This document shows positions 52,201-64,000 of a DNA stretch of 64,000 nt, one piece after another (positions within the stretch are counted from its first letter, which is position 1; every line of letters starts with the position of its first letter). Location: the NCBI GenBank assembly GCA_043228905.1, contig JBHGNT010000006.1, forward strand, positions 3,844,001-3,908,000, in the 5' to 3' direction. The notes below the pieces were generated by a model. It saw only the letters and a list, made by a program, of their open reading frames with translations. It ran no database searches and was not told where the DNA came from. A program made the position numbers and the translations under genes. This stretch comes from Azolla caroliniana. Lineage: Eukaryota > Plantae > Polypodiophyta.

Positions 52201-53512
52201 ATCTAACTATAATGAATCTAGCCTTTGGTTATCTCTATCCTAAAAGGAGGTTCAAGGCAAGTGAGTTAGCTCATGTCCTTCAAAATCAACCTTGAGGCCG
52301 CATGTTTCATAGATAATAATAGAGCGCGAATGGTAGACACCAAGTAGGTGCATCCAAACTTTGACAAATTGCCCCAAACACAAAATACTACACATGCATA
52401 AACATGTTGATGGTGAAACACATTGCATATGGTGTAAGTGATGTGAGATACATATGCAATAAATAGATGACCCATAAGTGACTCTTGTGTAATGTTAAGG
52501 TTGGATGCATGAAATGACATTTGATTGACTCTTGATGTGGCATTTGCGTGATGGTCAAGTAACATATAAACAACATTATATTTTATGTCATTTAAATATA
52601 AATAAAAAGATGGTGATGTAAATCAATCTCTCTTTCGCAGTCGTCTCTTCCCCTAGTCTCCAGATACACAAACACACAGAGACAAGGTAGTGCTAAGTGG
52701 ATACATTAAAACAATATGACAATACAAAAAACAGTTCCTATTACACTATCTAGAATCTTATGACAAGGTACACCCTTTTAACGGTATTAAGACTTACCAA
52801 CATAAAATCAACTAATCTTATGAATTTTGCCAAATCAATTTGGCCTTTCCTCTTGATGCACCCTACCCCACCCATAGTAGCTCTCTCCTTTCACGGATGA
52901 TTGTACAAATACCCTTCCCCTTACATGTTCTCAATATAAACCTATTGCTCGCCTAGATCCACCATTCCCCAATTGACTCGTTCAAAAATGTGTAAAATCA
53001 TCATAAACGACTTTTTCTAGAAATGTGTAAGAGCTAGAAACAAAGGTGGTTTTCTATCAAGATCATCTTCTTCATGCTATGAAGGTCTTAACATTTTTCC
53101 CCATAAGCGCATAAGACTTATGTTACATTCTATAAAATGTGTTATTAGTTAGTTTTGCACTTCCATGGTCTCTTTAGACAAGGTTTCAACCCCCTATCCC
53201 AACTCAAGGACCACTTTGATCATAGATGACTTGGACACTTGTACTGGATATATGGAAGATAGTTGAGGAGAGAAATAAAAACCTAGAGGTAATTCCAAAA
53301 AGGGTCAACAAACTACTAATCACCATTTGGTAAGTAGGCATTGGTTTCCTCTCATCCACAAGGGATACAACTTCATACAATTGCCTGGACACTCTAAATG
53401 TTATGCATTCTCACAAAGGAGGTATGGGCTACTTAAAAGGATGTATGGGATCATTGGAAAAAGCAGTAGACACTTAATCAACTTATATTGATAGATGTTA
53501 GGGATACATGTG

Positions 53513-54056
53513 TTCTACACCCCTGTCTACACCAATTGTGAGCTCACCGACACTGGCCTCCCCTTGATCGACAACATGACCGACACAATGACAAATGCCA
53601 TCCATTATATTGTTTCTCATTGACCCTATTGGAACCGTACTGATGGTGCTAACCACTTCTTCGTCGTGCCTCATGACTTTGGAGCTTGCTTCCATTTCCA
53701 AGTAAGAAACTTTCCCCTTGGGGCATCATCAATCATGCTTAGCTTAGTGATAATCAACAACATTGCCATCATCATTCGTAGTAATAATTGTAGTAATCGT
53801 CGCCATTACATTAGGAGAAAAAAGCTATCGAGCATGGCATTCTTCCTTTATTGTGGAAAGCGACCCTGTTGCAAACGTTCGGGCAGATTGGGCATCCTTG
53901 CTTTAAGAATGGCTCCATCGTAGTCCCTCCTTACCTTTCTCCCTGAAAGATAATCGAGCATACCCTCCCATCGGGATATCCGAGGTCGACATTTGCATAC
54001 TTCCAAGGTGAATTCTATGATGCCACCAATTATCTAAAAGGAGGGTACTATGCAAG
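53513..54056 (+). pseudogene. IRX10/GUT1-like (GT47 xylan xylosyltransferase) pseudogene fragment, two exons
   Basis: 53513-53701 FYTPVYTNCELT...*PYWNRTDGANHFFVVPHDFGACFHFQ; GT-AG intron 53702-53814; 53815-54056 EKKAIEHGILPLL...QTFGQ...GGYYAR then GT donor; in-frame TGA at 53621 and 53944. Confidence 0.88.
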
Positions 54057-54685
54057 GTAATATGCCATTCTCGCACACTTTTCATTTTGTGAATGCATTA
54101 TTTGTTAAAAGGAGCAAGTGAATCTAAACTAATGCAAATGGGGATTACAAACTAACTTAATGAGCTATTGGCCAAACATGAAAAGTGGGCACATTTTGGT
54201 CAAAATGTGCTTCAAAATGTTGTGAGAGTGGTGGTAAATGAATGGCATACACACATAGAAAAATTTGTGTGGTATATGAGTTGTGGTTCAGTTCAACTTG
54301 GCTTGCAAGTTCATCAATATCATCTAAAGACATTTGTGAGGAATGGCTCAAGGTTCAAACTGATGTGTTTTCCCACATCTTAACCATGATATTGGCATCA
54401 CGAAGTCGCTCAATTTCATCACTCATCCATTATGGTATACACTCTAGCATTGATTAAGGAGACATGTGACAACACACAAGTAAGCCAACATGATGTGACA
54501 TCACAAGTTTTTATGTGAAGAACTCATTCCAAACTTATGGCGCTAATCTTTGAGGTTGGTTCATTGGTGTGGGATTTGCATCTTACTCTAAATCTTCTGT
54601 CTAAAAAGTGTTTGTTATCAAATGTGGTTGTGAAACTTTATAGGCCTTTGCTTTGTAATTACCGAATAAAAAGTCAATGAAGTTG

Positions 54686-54774
54686 GTACAAGCAAGTTAG
54701 AGGTAAACGTCAAGTGTAGTACAAACAAGTTTAGAGGTAAACGTCAAGTGTAGTACAAACAAGTTTAGAGGTAA
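54686..54774. repeat. 34-bp tandem repeat, about 2.6 copies
   Basis: GTACAAACAAGTTTAGAGGTAAACGTCAAGTGTA repeated. Confidence 0.9.
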
Positions 54775-55544
54775 TCTTGAAGAATTGTAAAAGCGAATTG
54801 GTATAAGTAAGGAAACTAGTAAAAGAACGTTAGGAGGTGAACTTCAGGAGTAGTTTTGCCTTGGGAATCATTGAACCTTCATGCTTATGTTTATGATCTA
54901 ATTGAGTGCTTTCGTCCAATGATGAAGAAATTATTCAAGAAAGATCACTCCAATATGGGGATCACTTCTAATCAAATAAATAGTGATGTAATCAAGATGG
55001 TGGGTTGCAATGAAGCACTCTTATCTCTTGACTAAATGTTGAATCCATTTTGATGTATGCAACAAAGGATCATGGAGCCATATCGAATTGAAATACTATC
55101 TTACCCCCAACATTATGTATTCATTGGAAGCCATTGGGCTCGGATAGAGAGCTCAAACTAAGACTTATCGAGAAATGGTTGGTCATAAATGATGGAATGG
55201 ATATATTCCGGTAACTCACAACAATTATGTGACACGAGATTATGCGGAAATGACCTTATGTCACAATAGGACTGCCATACCATGCCATCCCATGCATGCA
55301 TGCATGCATCCCATCACATCACATCCCAACCGATACAATGATGATGATAATCCAATGGGATCATATGTATGTATATGTATGTATGATATCATATGTGTGT
55401 ATGTATGTATAATGTATGTGTATGTATGCTCTGTTATTCTCCCCTGTTCTTGCTCTGTTTTTTATTTCATGTATGTATGAGGATGTCAATGTATTTTCTC
55501 TGTGCTAAGTGAAGTGGCAAGTAGGGTTTTTTTTACATGTCACG

Positions 55545-58500
55545 ATGGCCGATCAGCGCCTTTCAAGCAGCCATAGCTATGTGCAACCATTCAGGCTGCT
55601 GATAGATGATAAGGATCCTTCTCCTCCTCCCTCAATGCCTAGCTGTGATCCTGTAATACGTATGAATCAGCAGCAAAGAAGCAGTCAAACAGAGGAGGTA
55701 GGATATTTCCATCCATGCCATACCATATTAAGCTACCGTTTTCTTTTAAGTTAACAACTGATCTTGCAAGTGGACAGGAACTAAGGTGGCTCCATTCAGA
55801 GCTTTTGGAAGTGAAGAAGTTGTCTGTAGAACAGATGCGGAAGAACATATATGCTCGCTATGACATTCTCATTAGGTAAATGTGGAAACCTACAGGTCGT
55901 TTATATGCATGTCGGTTTCAAGTGAATAAAAACTTCTTTGAACTTTCCTTTTGTGTGCAGAGCTAAAACTACTCAGACATTATCAATTCACGGCTACTTA
56001 TTTTCTATCCATGTGTGTGTAGAACTTCAGAAGAACTGAACAACTTGGAAATGGAGCTGGCATTGATTCAGAGATTAATTTCTACTCACAGCCAGCTTCT
56101 CCATGATATTGTTGATGCCGGGATACATCTCCAATCAGTAACAAACACGGCGGATTTCACTGAGTTACATCAAATTCCTGAGAGAAAAGAAGAAACCATG
56201 AGAACCTCAAATGTTATTGAGAGCCAAGTTTGTGAGTTACTAGATACGTTTGACGTAAGTCTAGCAGAGTGTAGGATAAATGAAGCTTTGAGTGCTCTGG
56301 AAGAAGCAGAGATGCTCATGGTTTGGTGCGAAGAGCATGAATATCAGAGAGTTCATGCTCATGCTGATCGTGCAGTTTATATGAGGCAGCGGTTCACTGC
56401 CCCTCGTGACCTATCTGACAGGAGATCACAGCTTATGGTGCACCTTTTGAAGTCAGTGTGGGCGCTTCACCATCATGCTAGCATGAATGCAGATTCTCAT
56501 GTGGTAATTACCAGCTGCGAAGTACATGATGAGTTGCAGAAAGTGGTGTCCCTTTTGAAGAAACTTGGGCAGAAGCCGCAGGCTCATACTCTACTCTTGA
56601 GGTGTTACCATCTTCATATACAAACTGGCATAGAGAATCTGCCTTATTCAGGGTGTTCTTGGTATGAAGGGAGTAGCTACTTCATAAATTTGGCACGTAT
56701 CTACTTCTCAGCGATCTTGCATGTATTTCACAATTCTTCACAAATCTTTGGTAACATCTCAGAAATTGCATCAGAGCTGGTTATGTGGACTTGCTATGAG
56801 ATTGGAGATTATGTGTCACTTGTGAGCAAACAGGTGCCATTGTTCACCCGTGAAATATGTGCGATTTCAGATTCAATTCGTATCTCATTGGAGTATTGTG
56901 GAGTTCTGGAGAAACAAGAACTCTTTGTTTTATCTCCTTTGATATTTAAGTTATTTAAACCCTTCTTTGAGGTGGTTTTGACCAAATGGTTAAACACAGC
57001 AAAGGAGATGTTATTAGCTCACTGTGCAGCTGATGCTTGGTTCCTTACAGATAGTGTTATGATGCTTCCCAATGATGTCAGAATCTGCCATTATGGAACC
57101 ATGGCTACACCTTATGTAATGCTCTCTAGCAGTGCATATAAGTTCTACCTGGTGATTCAGGTATACGTTTCCTAGTAGTTGTCTAGAATAATCTGACTAC
57201 AATCAACAGTTATATTTTATTAAGAAAGAGACTCTAGTTCCAAAATGTATGGTGGTGATTATTCTTCTCTTGTAATCTTTGATGTGATAATTAAAGTAGG
57301 TTTAAAACCTTACTCTAGCAAAGGAAATATTGGAGGGGTGTCTCTCAGATTTTTCTGCATTATCCTTCAGGATTTACTGGGGGATGTTGCACCGATAATG
57401 ACTACTAAACTGCGAAGTTCGATATATAAACTGATCTCCAATATTTTTGGGTTCTATGTGAAACTGCTCATCAAAGCTTTTCCTTATGCTAATAGAATCA
57501 AAGTTGAAGGAGGCTCGAAGCTTGTGTTGGCTAACACTGAACCTCAACAGCTTGTAATTTTGGGTAATGCCACAGCATTGGCAGAAGATATTCTTCCATC
57601 GTCAGTTTTTAAGGAGATTCACAATTCTCATCAACAATGGAAGTTGGTATCACGAATCGAATCAACTGAACAGAAGGATTGGAATCGGAGCTTGCAAAGA
57701 AATGTAGATGATCTTCGAGATTTTATATGTGAGCAACATGTATCTCAACTTTTTTCTGATGAGCACTTACTGATGATGGATTTATACTTTAAGTACAATA
57801 ATGTTGATGCCAATCAAATGAATTTAGACTGGCAGAAAACACCTATGCCATCTTTACCTTTTGAGGTACATGTGCATATTAAATACTCGAGTGTTAAGGG
57901 TGTTCTTAAACAATGATTTAGCTTTGATTATTTGGCTAGGCAATCCATAAGAAGTTCCATGGCCTCCAAAATGTAGCAAAGATGGTTTTACATGGAAGTG
58001 AAAGGGTGACCATCCTGTTACTAATGCGACTGACACAGGCATTCGTGATGCGGCTATCCCAAGAGAAGTGCTTCTGGGGGAGAATCGAAAAAGGTTCAGT
58101 GACATTGAGTTTGTTCGGGCTACAACAAGTAAATGTTCTTAGTTCTTTATGTTATTATAAAGCTCCTTTGTCTTCCAATTACACATGTAATGCTCTTTTA
58201 AGGACTGGATTTTGTGTATTCTCTTTGTTTATGCATTTTAACCTCTCCATTTTCTGATATTATGTATTCTTTTAGTTGTAAAGTACTAACCATCCATATT
58301 GGACCAGTTTGTTTTTGATCTTCATTTTTTTATCCAGATTGCTACAAATGGAAACTATGCGTCAAGAAAGATGCGAGAAACTGTGTCAGCTATGATAGCA
58401 CGAGCCAAAAAGGCTGCAGTCAAATCGAATTTGAATGAAGAAAGGTATGTTAGTGATATTTCTCTTCGTGGTTAAAACTAAAGTTAGGAGCCTTAACTAA

Positions 58501-58631
58501 CATTGGAGCTATTGTGTGTATTGTGTACCTTGAGTGTCTTGCACGGTGATGACTGGTTTGAAGAGAATGCAAGGATATCATTAGTCAAATTATGCGCCAA
58601 CTTTGCCGATTCAGAAAATATGACTATGTAG
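55545..58631 (+). CDS. EXO84: Exocyst component EXO84-like protein (divergent), 7 exons
   Basis: Exons 55545-55697, 55778-55875, 56023-57160, 57371-57865, 57940-58128, 58308-58444, 58535-58631, phase-consistent GT-AG. Motifs LEVKKLSVEQMRKNIYARYDILIRTSEEL, LANTEPQQLVILGNA, FGLQQFVFDLHF, SVLHGDDWF resemble plant EXO84; start codon inferred. Confidence 0.82.
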
Positions 58632-59503
58632 AAGATTTGCCAGTTACAGAGAGGCTTGTGTAACAAAGTTTTCTTATTCATCATCTCTACATGTGCTTTT
58701 TGATACAAAATAGACAGTCATTCTTGAATCTTACCACTCTCTGATGATCTTGCGATGATTGCTCATGAAGGCATTATTTTACACAACTGGATTTTCACAA
58801 CCCTGATCAAGCATCTTCACGTTCAAAATAATCTTACTTTGACCTTGTATCACGCATTATGACATTTGTTCATGTCAATATTTTTCCTTTCTACTCAAGC
58901 TTGGGAATGATGTTAAGTTTTAACATAGTTTGCTTGTAGTTGATATTTTAGAACTATAAGAACAAGCATGCCATTGACCTCAACTGCCCTTGAGAAACCT
59001 CAATATGAAAGAAGTTGAAACTCGAAATATCTTTAGAACAGATCAGCTCAATAATTGAATGAGGTGACGGTGCATCATGCATGGCTATTGGCAAGGTTGA
59101 CAAGACAAAAGAGCACCAGTAAAATCTCGTTATATGCACATCATATAGGTGTATATGATGTAGTTATCATGAAGCTTTTATTACTACATGCCATTACAGT
59201 AGTTGAGATGTCATTCTCAACCCCCTCAACAATGGCAAAATGCTGATTTGGAGGCTTCATTAATAAAAAAAATAGAACTTATGGGTACTATAAGCTCTAC
59301 AGAAGGATCTGCACCCTTTTGTTTTACAACCCTCTCTCGTCTTTCTCCTTAACTTATTCTACAAATTCTTGAGTAGGGACGAAATCTCTTGCAGAGAAAC
59401 TGCATCTTGAACTATACAGACATTTACAGCAACTCCACTCTTATAAGGACAATGGATTTTGAGTTATAAAGAAACAATAGCCATTACCCTTTTTATAGAT
59501 CTC

Positions 59504-62500
59504 CTAGTTCATGCGATTGGAGAGGAATGACCTTTTGAGATCTTGTTTCATCACGAATGTCCTTCCAGAGAAGCTGTTGGTGAAAGAGAATCTCCTCCTG
59601 CTCACATTCTTCTCCCATATGAGTTTGAACTCCCCTTGCAAGGTCCCAGCTGGGCACCCACGATGTGAAAGCTCTATGCTAAAAGCAGCAGCCTTCTCCC
59701 TGTTCTTGAAGGCAGCCACTGCATCTGCTAAAGGAATTACTCCATACCCTATCCCCAATATCAGGAAAAAATAATTGTTAGCATACTAACAGTTGTAAGC
59801 TAGTTGTGTGTATAACATGTGCGTGCGTGCTTGTACATGTTGTATATATGTTCCTACCAAGTGTGTCATCTGGTGTTGTAAAGTCAAAGTCTGTAACACG
59901 AAGCATGAGGTACTCTTTCTCCAAGCGATCAATTGCAAAGGTATTCATGACTACGGTTGGGATATCCTGTTAAATGCCTCTTTTTGATGAATCTCTCTGG
60001 TCATGTAAGACTCATTGAAAAGCCAAGTGTTAATGTTATAATTTACCTTGTCCGGATTCCACACAGGGTTCAGGTTCTGATATATCACTTTTGTACGCAC
60101 TTCATCATGTATATTTGGGCCAACAAATAAAACATATCTAATACAACAAACAAAAGAATGGTCACGCTATCAAGTATATTAGGTTCTAACTTCTAATACC
60201 ATAATAAACAAAAGAATGGTCAGTCCCTCTGAACACTAGAAGACATTTGTACACATGCTTAATAGCTAAGTTCAAGCACTGGTCTGATTAATGACATAAA
60301 ATGTTGTTTTTTAAAACCGTGTTCAATCCCTGTAAACATTAGAAAAATCTTATACAAATTACAATAGCTTTAGTGAATATTGTTAAACTTACGGATCAGA
60401 AGATCCACTCAAATCTGATGCCCGCAGATTGTTTGCAGATAATGCTGTAAACTAACCAAAGAGAAAATAACATCAAGATCAATGTTGTGACTCTGTTTTG
60501 AAAATATAATTAGTCTAGTTCAGCCTTTTACTTGGACATGCCACCGTTTGTCACCCTCATCCAAGTTGTCATCAACTGGATTGCAAGGGAATGCATAAGC
60601 TGTTAACGCGAATATTGCTGCTACAGGCTTGTGATCACTGCAACAAAAAATAGCCAATGATGACTGTCTAATAAAAGGGCATGAAAGCAGACTAGCAAAT
60701 GAAGGATACCTAGTTACAATTTCAGGGAATGATGTATAGGAGAGCTGATCCACATGACAACCAGGGAGTGATAACCATAGGATTCTATCACACCATGCAG
60801 GTATCCGTTTTGGATCATATTCCTGTTCCACATCTCTTTTCACCTTTCCATCATGTACAAAATTTCAATCAGATTTCTGAAGACGAGTTTTTATTGCATT
60901 ATTATATTCTAAAATTTTCTCTAATGCCTTTGTTAGAGAATATCATGACTGCATTACCAACCTTAAATGTGGGAGGGAATGTAATCTCCCCCTCTTTAAA
61001 TGCATAAAGTACCCTTTTTGCCTCTCGTTCCTGGGAGAGCTGGTTCAACAAGAAAGAAGCGAGCTTAGAAATCTGTATGAAACATTTTTCGTGTCCAAGC
61101 ATATGCTCATATTTTCATGTTAAATGTAGGTTCAAAATTAGGACTATCATATTGATGGCCTATCAATATGTGTCTAGATAGGCCTAGCACAAACTTTCCT
61201 ACATGAATTATAATTTTAACTTCGATTTCATTCTATGATACATCTTTGTCAGCAATTACGCACTCATTTAGAGAGGAAAATGCTGGCATTGGTTTATACA
61301 CAGGTTCAACATCTCATCAGAGAGATTGATACACATGTTCAACTTTCGAAGGTTGCAATTTTCCATCAAGGGCTGCAATCAAAGCAGCACCATCTATGCC
61401 ATTGCATTGTGTATCATGAGGCAAACATAACTCTAAAACACATCCCCTACGATAGTCCAAGTTATCGTTTTGTCATTGCATTGTGTACTGTGATTTAAGG
61501 GGGAGCTGTCATTGTCTCTTCAGGGCCTCACCAGGGATTTGGGTTATATGAAGAAAAACAACATAGATCAAACATAAAGAGATTTGCTAAAAGACATGGA
61601 CATGACCACAAGTCCATCCCAGCAAAGGACTCCCCAGATCTTCTATGACAAACGTTACCCTGCACCACAATGGCCCTACGACAATCTAAGTTGCAACAAC
61701 TTTGTTAACCATCTTCCAATTGAAGGTACAAACATAGATCAGAAGGTAGCATTGTGTAGCACATGCAGACAATGTTCACCTAGACTGTGGCCTCAAATCA
61801 AACCCAGTGTCACTTGTCATGGACGGGAGTTTCTCTGTTTGGGTATATATCCTCATCTTAGATTGGCCTATGATAAATGAATTTTGAAGACATGCAATTG
61901 AAATTTCACTAAATCGTTGCAACATTTGTTTTGAAATTGAGTCTCCAAAAATAGACCTGTACTGAATTCCACAATGAATCAGTATAGGCAGCTTTTTGAA
62001 AATCCAGTTCTTTTCTCATATTCATATACTCCTGTTTCTCAGCTCCACATTCTTACCTCATCATACTTCAATAATGTATGGAAGTCCTTCCGCTGAATAT
62101 GCTCAACGACTTCTGCCCAAGTATTAATTCTAATGAAAAAGAGGGAACCTATAAGTAAACATTGCATGAATTTATGAAACGTCCCTCAAAAAAAAGCAAT
62201 GGGGTATTTGTCTTACATTGGAGAATCATCCTTGGCTGCTTTGAAATTGAGTCTATAGTTCAAATCGCCCAACCAGAAAACATGGTGAAATTGGTTCAGG
62301 ATGTCTATATTTTGATTGTTAAAGCGCACATTCCCAATAATTTCTGCCATAAAAAAGAAAAGAATTTTCCAGAGTACTAGAAAAATGTGTCTCATGTTTA
62401 ATCACTTAGATATTAACAGTTTTTTCAACCAGTCATCAAGTTACAACCAGACTGCTTGATAAATATTGCTAAAAGGTTAGGAAATACATTGAACCGATTT

Positions 62501-63992
62501 CAGACTGTGAGATGAGACATAATTTGCATGCTTTAGAAGGTCTACTATATTGACCTTCAGATCATTCAATGTATAGTGGAAGTTGTGAGATAAGCAAGTG
62601 TCAAGATACACCGGCACCCTCATGCACCTCATGCACTTATTTTTCTTCCCTAAGGATCTTTTTCATTTTATCTTTATATACATTTCAAATAACGATCTGC
62701 TTACACTACCCTGTTCATATTACTTGTCAATTTTGGAACATTAAAATGCCTATTAACCAATACAATAAATCTTAACAGAAGTTATAATGCTATATGTTAC
62801 CTCTGTAGTTCCCATTTCTGGCTTCACATTGTCCATCATGAGCAGCAAGATGGCAATTAACAAAGCACAAACTTGTGTCCCAAAACTGGTATGAAATCAT
62901 GGAGAAGCAAACACTGATAAACAATGGATTTAAGATCTTGATCCAAAAACTAAATGTTTTGTCAGTAAATAGGAAATATGGATAAAAAGATTTCAGACCT
63001 TGAAAGCAATACAAATTCCACCTTTGTTTGGAATCAGATGTCCAACCCCTGTTGCTTCAGTTCCATCGACAACTTCAGAAATTGCTTTCTGCAGTTTTTG
63101 AACAGAGGAACAATCAAGAACCACATATGTGCTGCATACTTTCTGGAGATATTATTTGTATATAAACTTGAATGCATTTTATTATTTTTGAAGTAATAAC
63201 TCATCGATTTTGTGAGAAATAAAACATTTAATGTGAATATCTTTTACCTCTTTGAATGATTTTATGTTCCTTGAGTTCTTAGTTTAATTTTTTCAAAATT
63301 TATTAAACATCGTAATTCTTTTACGTCTAACTTCTCATCTTCCTCAGCCCTCAGTGTTTCATTTTGAGATGTATATATTTCTCAGAAAACATGACAGTGG
63401 ATCAATTTGCAATAAACGTTTACTAGAATCACATCTTGATACAGTTCCCATATGTTGATCATGAGCAAATTTGTTGGATATTCTAGCCTAACTTTTCATT
63501 TACAAGCTAATCATTTAAACATTGCATAGTAAATTTTCTGAAGCTATTTGGTTTGACATAAGAACATTGTGCCAGGTACCCATTTGGTTTGCTATCAATT
63601 ATTCATACATGCACTGTGTGGGATTGGACGAGATTATGCTTTAGATTGTAAAATAATGATAACATCTAGAATTGTGAATATAATAATCTAATCATGAAAC
63701 ACTCCATGTCACCATGGCTTTTGTAATCCCATTTTTATCCATTCTTCAATCTTATTTTCATTTATATGTATTCAGACAAACAATATTCTATTCAACTTGT
63801 GCTTTCTTCGTTTCACTTTCACTATCATTCAGAAGCATATTCACAATTGTTCAAAATGATGAACGAATCCAATATTTGTGTTTCAGATGGAGGAAAATTC
63901 TTGCCTCAAAGTCAATGTGTACAAACACAACCAACCGCATTTGGCCCCTGGAGATTCCATGAATAACTTTGTAATGAGATCCAAGAACCGAT
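59504..63992 (-). CDS. Inositol polyphosphate 5-phosphatase with C-terminal C2 domain (5' end beyond the window)
   Basis: Exons (- strand): 63905-63992, 62999-63088, 62801-62885, 62217-62343, 62057-62129, 60962-61039, 60710-60843, 60532-60637, 60393-60451, 60047-60137, 59858-59966, 59504-59748. Motifs NKGG, FVNCHLAAH, FWLGDLNYR, FPPTFK, PAWCDRILW, SDHKPV; C2 motifs SDLSGSSDPYV, LNPVWN, TDFDFTTPDDTLG. Confidence 0.9.
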
Positions 63993-64000
63993 CTACACAA

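Noticed and set aside
49700-52380. Possible decayed DNA transposon with an end near 52374
   Set aside because: No matching TIR, TSD or transposase motif could be identified by eye.
61235-61520. Purine run plus TG in an intron as a copia PPT/LTR remnant
   Set aside because: Weak similarity only; no second LTR or TSD.

Overview
Eukaryotic land-plant genomic DNA with spliceosomal introns and plant gene families; the TE families and SSR load suggest a non-seed plant such as a fern (inference). 1-14.4 kb is a nested LTR-retrotransposon island, all on the minus strand. A Ty1/copia element (A) sits in an old LINE and is interrupted by a tRNA-Trp-primed Ty3/gypsy element (itself carrying a solo LTR), a gag-only copia derivative (B, carrying another solo LTR) and a third gypsy-type solo LTR. 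14.4-26.7 kb and 40.7-49.3 kb hold decayed LINEs, including three head-to-tail copies joined by (GA)n tracts. Host genes: an intronless G-type lectin S-domain receptor kinase (34415-37366 +), a divergent 7-exon EXO84-like gene (55545-58631 +), and the 3' part of an inositol polyphosphate 5-phosphatase with a C-terminal C2 domain (59504->64000 -). There is also an IRX10/GUT1-like pseudogene fragment and two PPR fragments. Most notable: all four gypsy-type insertions have a 4-bp target of the form N-CG-N, the LINE family appears to target or generate (GA)n tracts, and the 5-phosphatase has a SHIP-like phosphatase-C2 layout. All calls were read by eye; no database searches were run.
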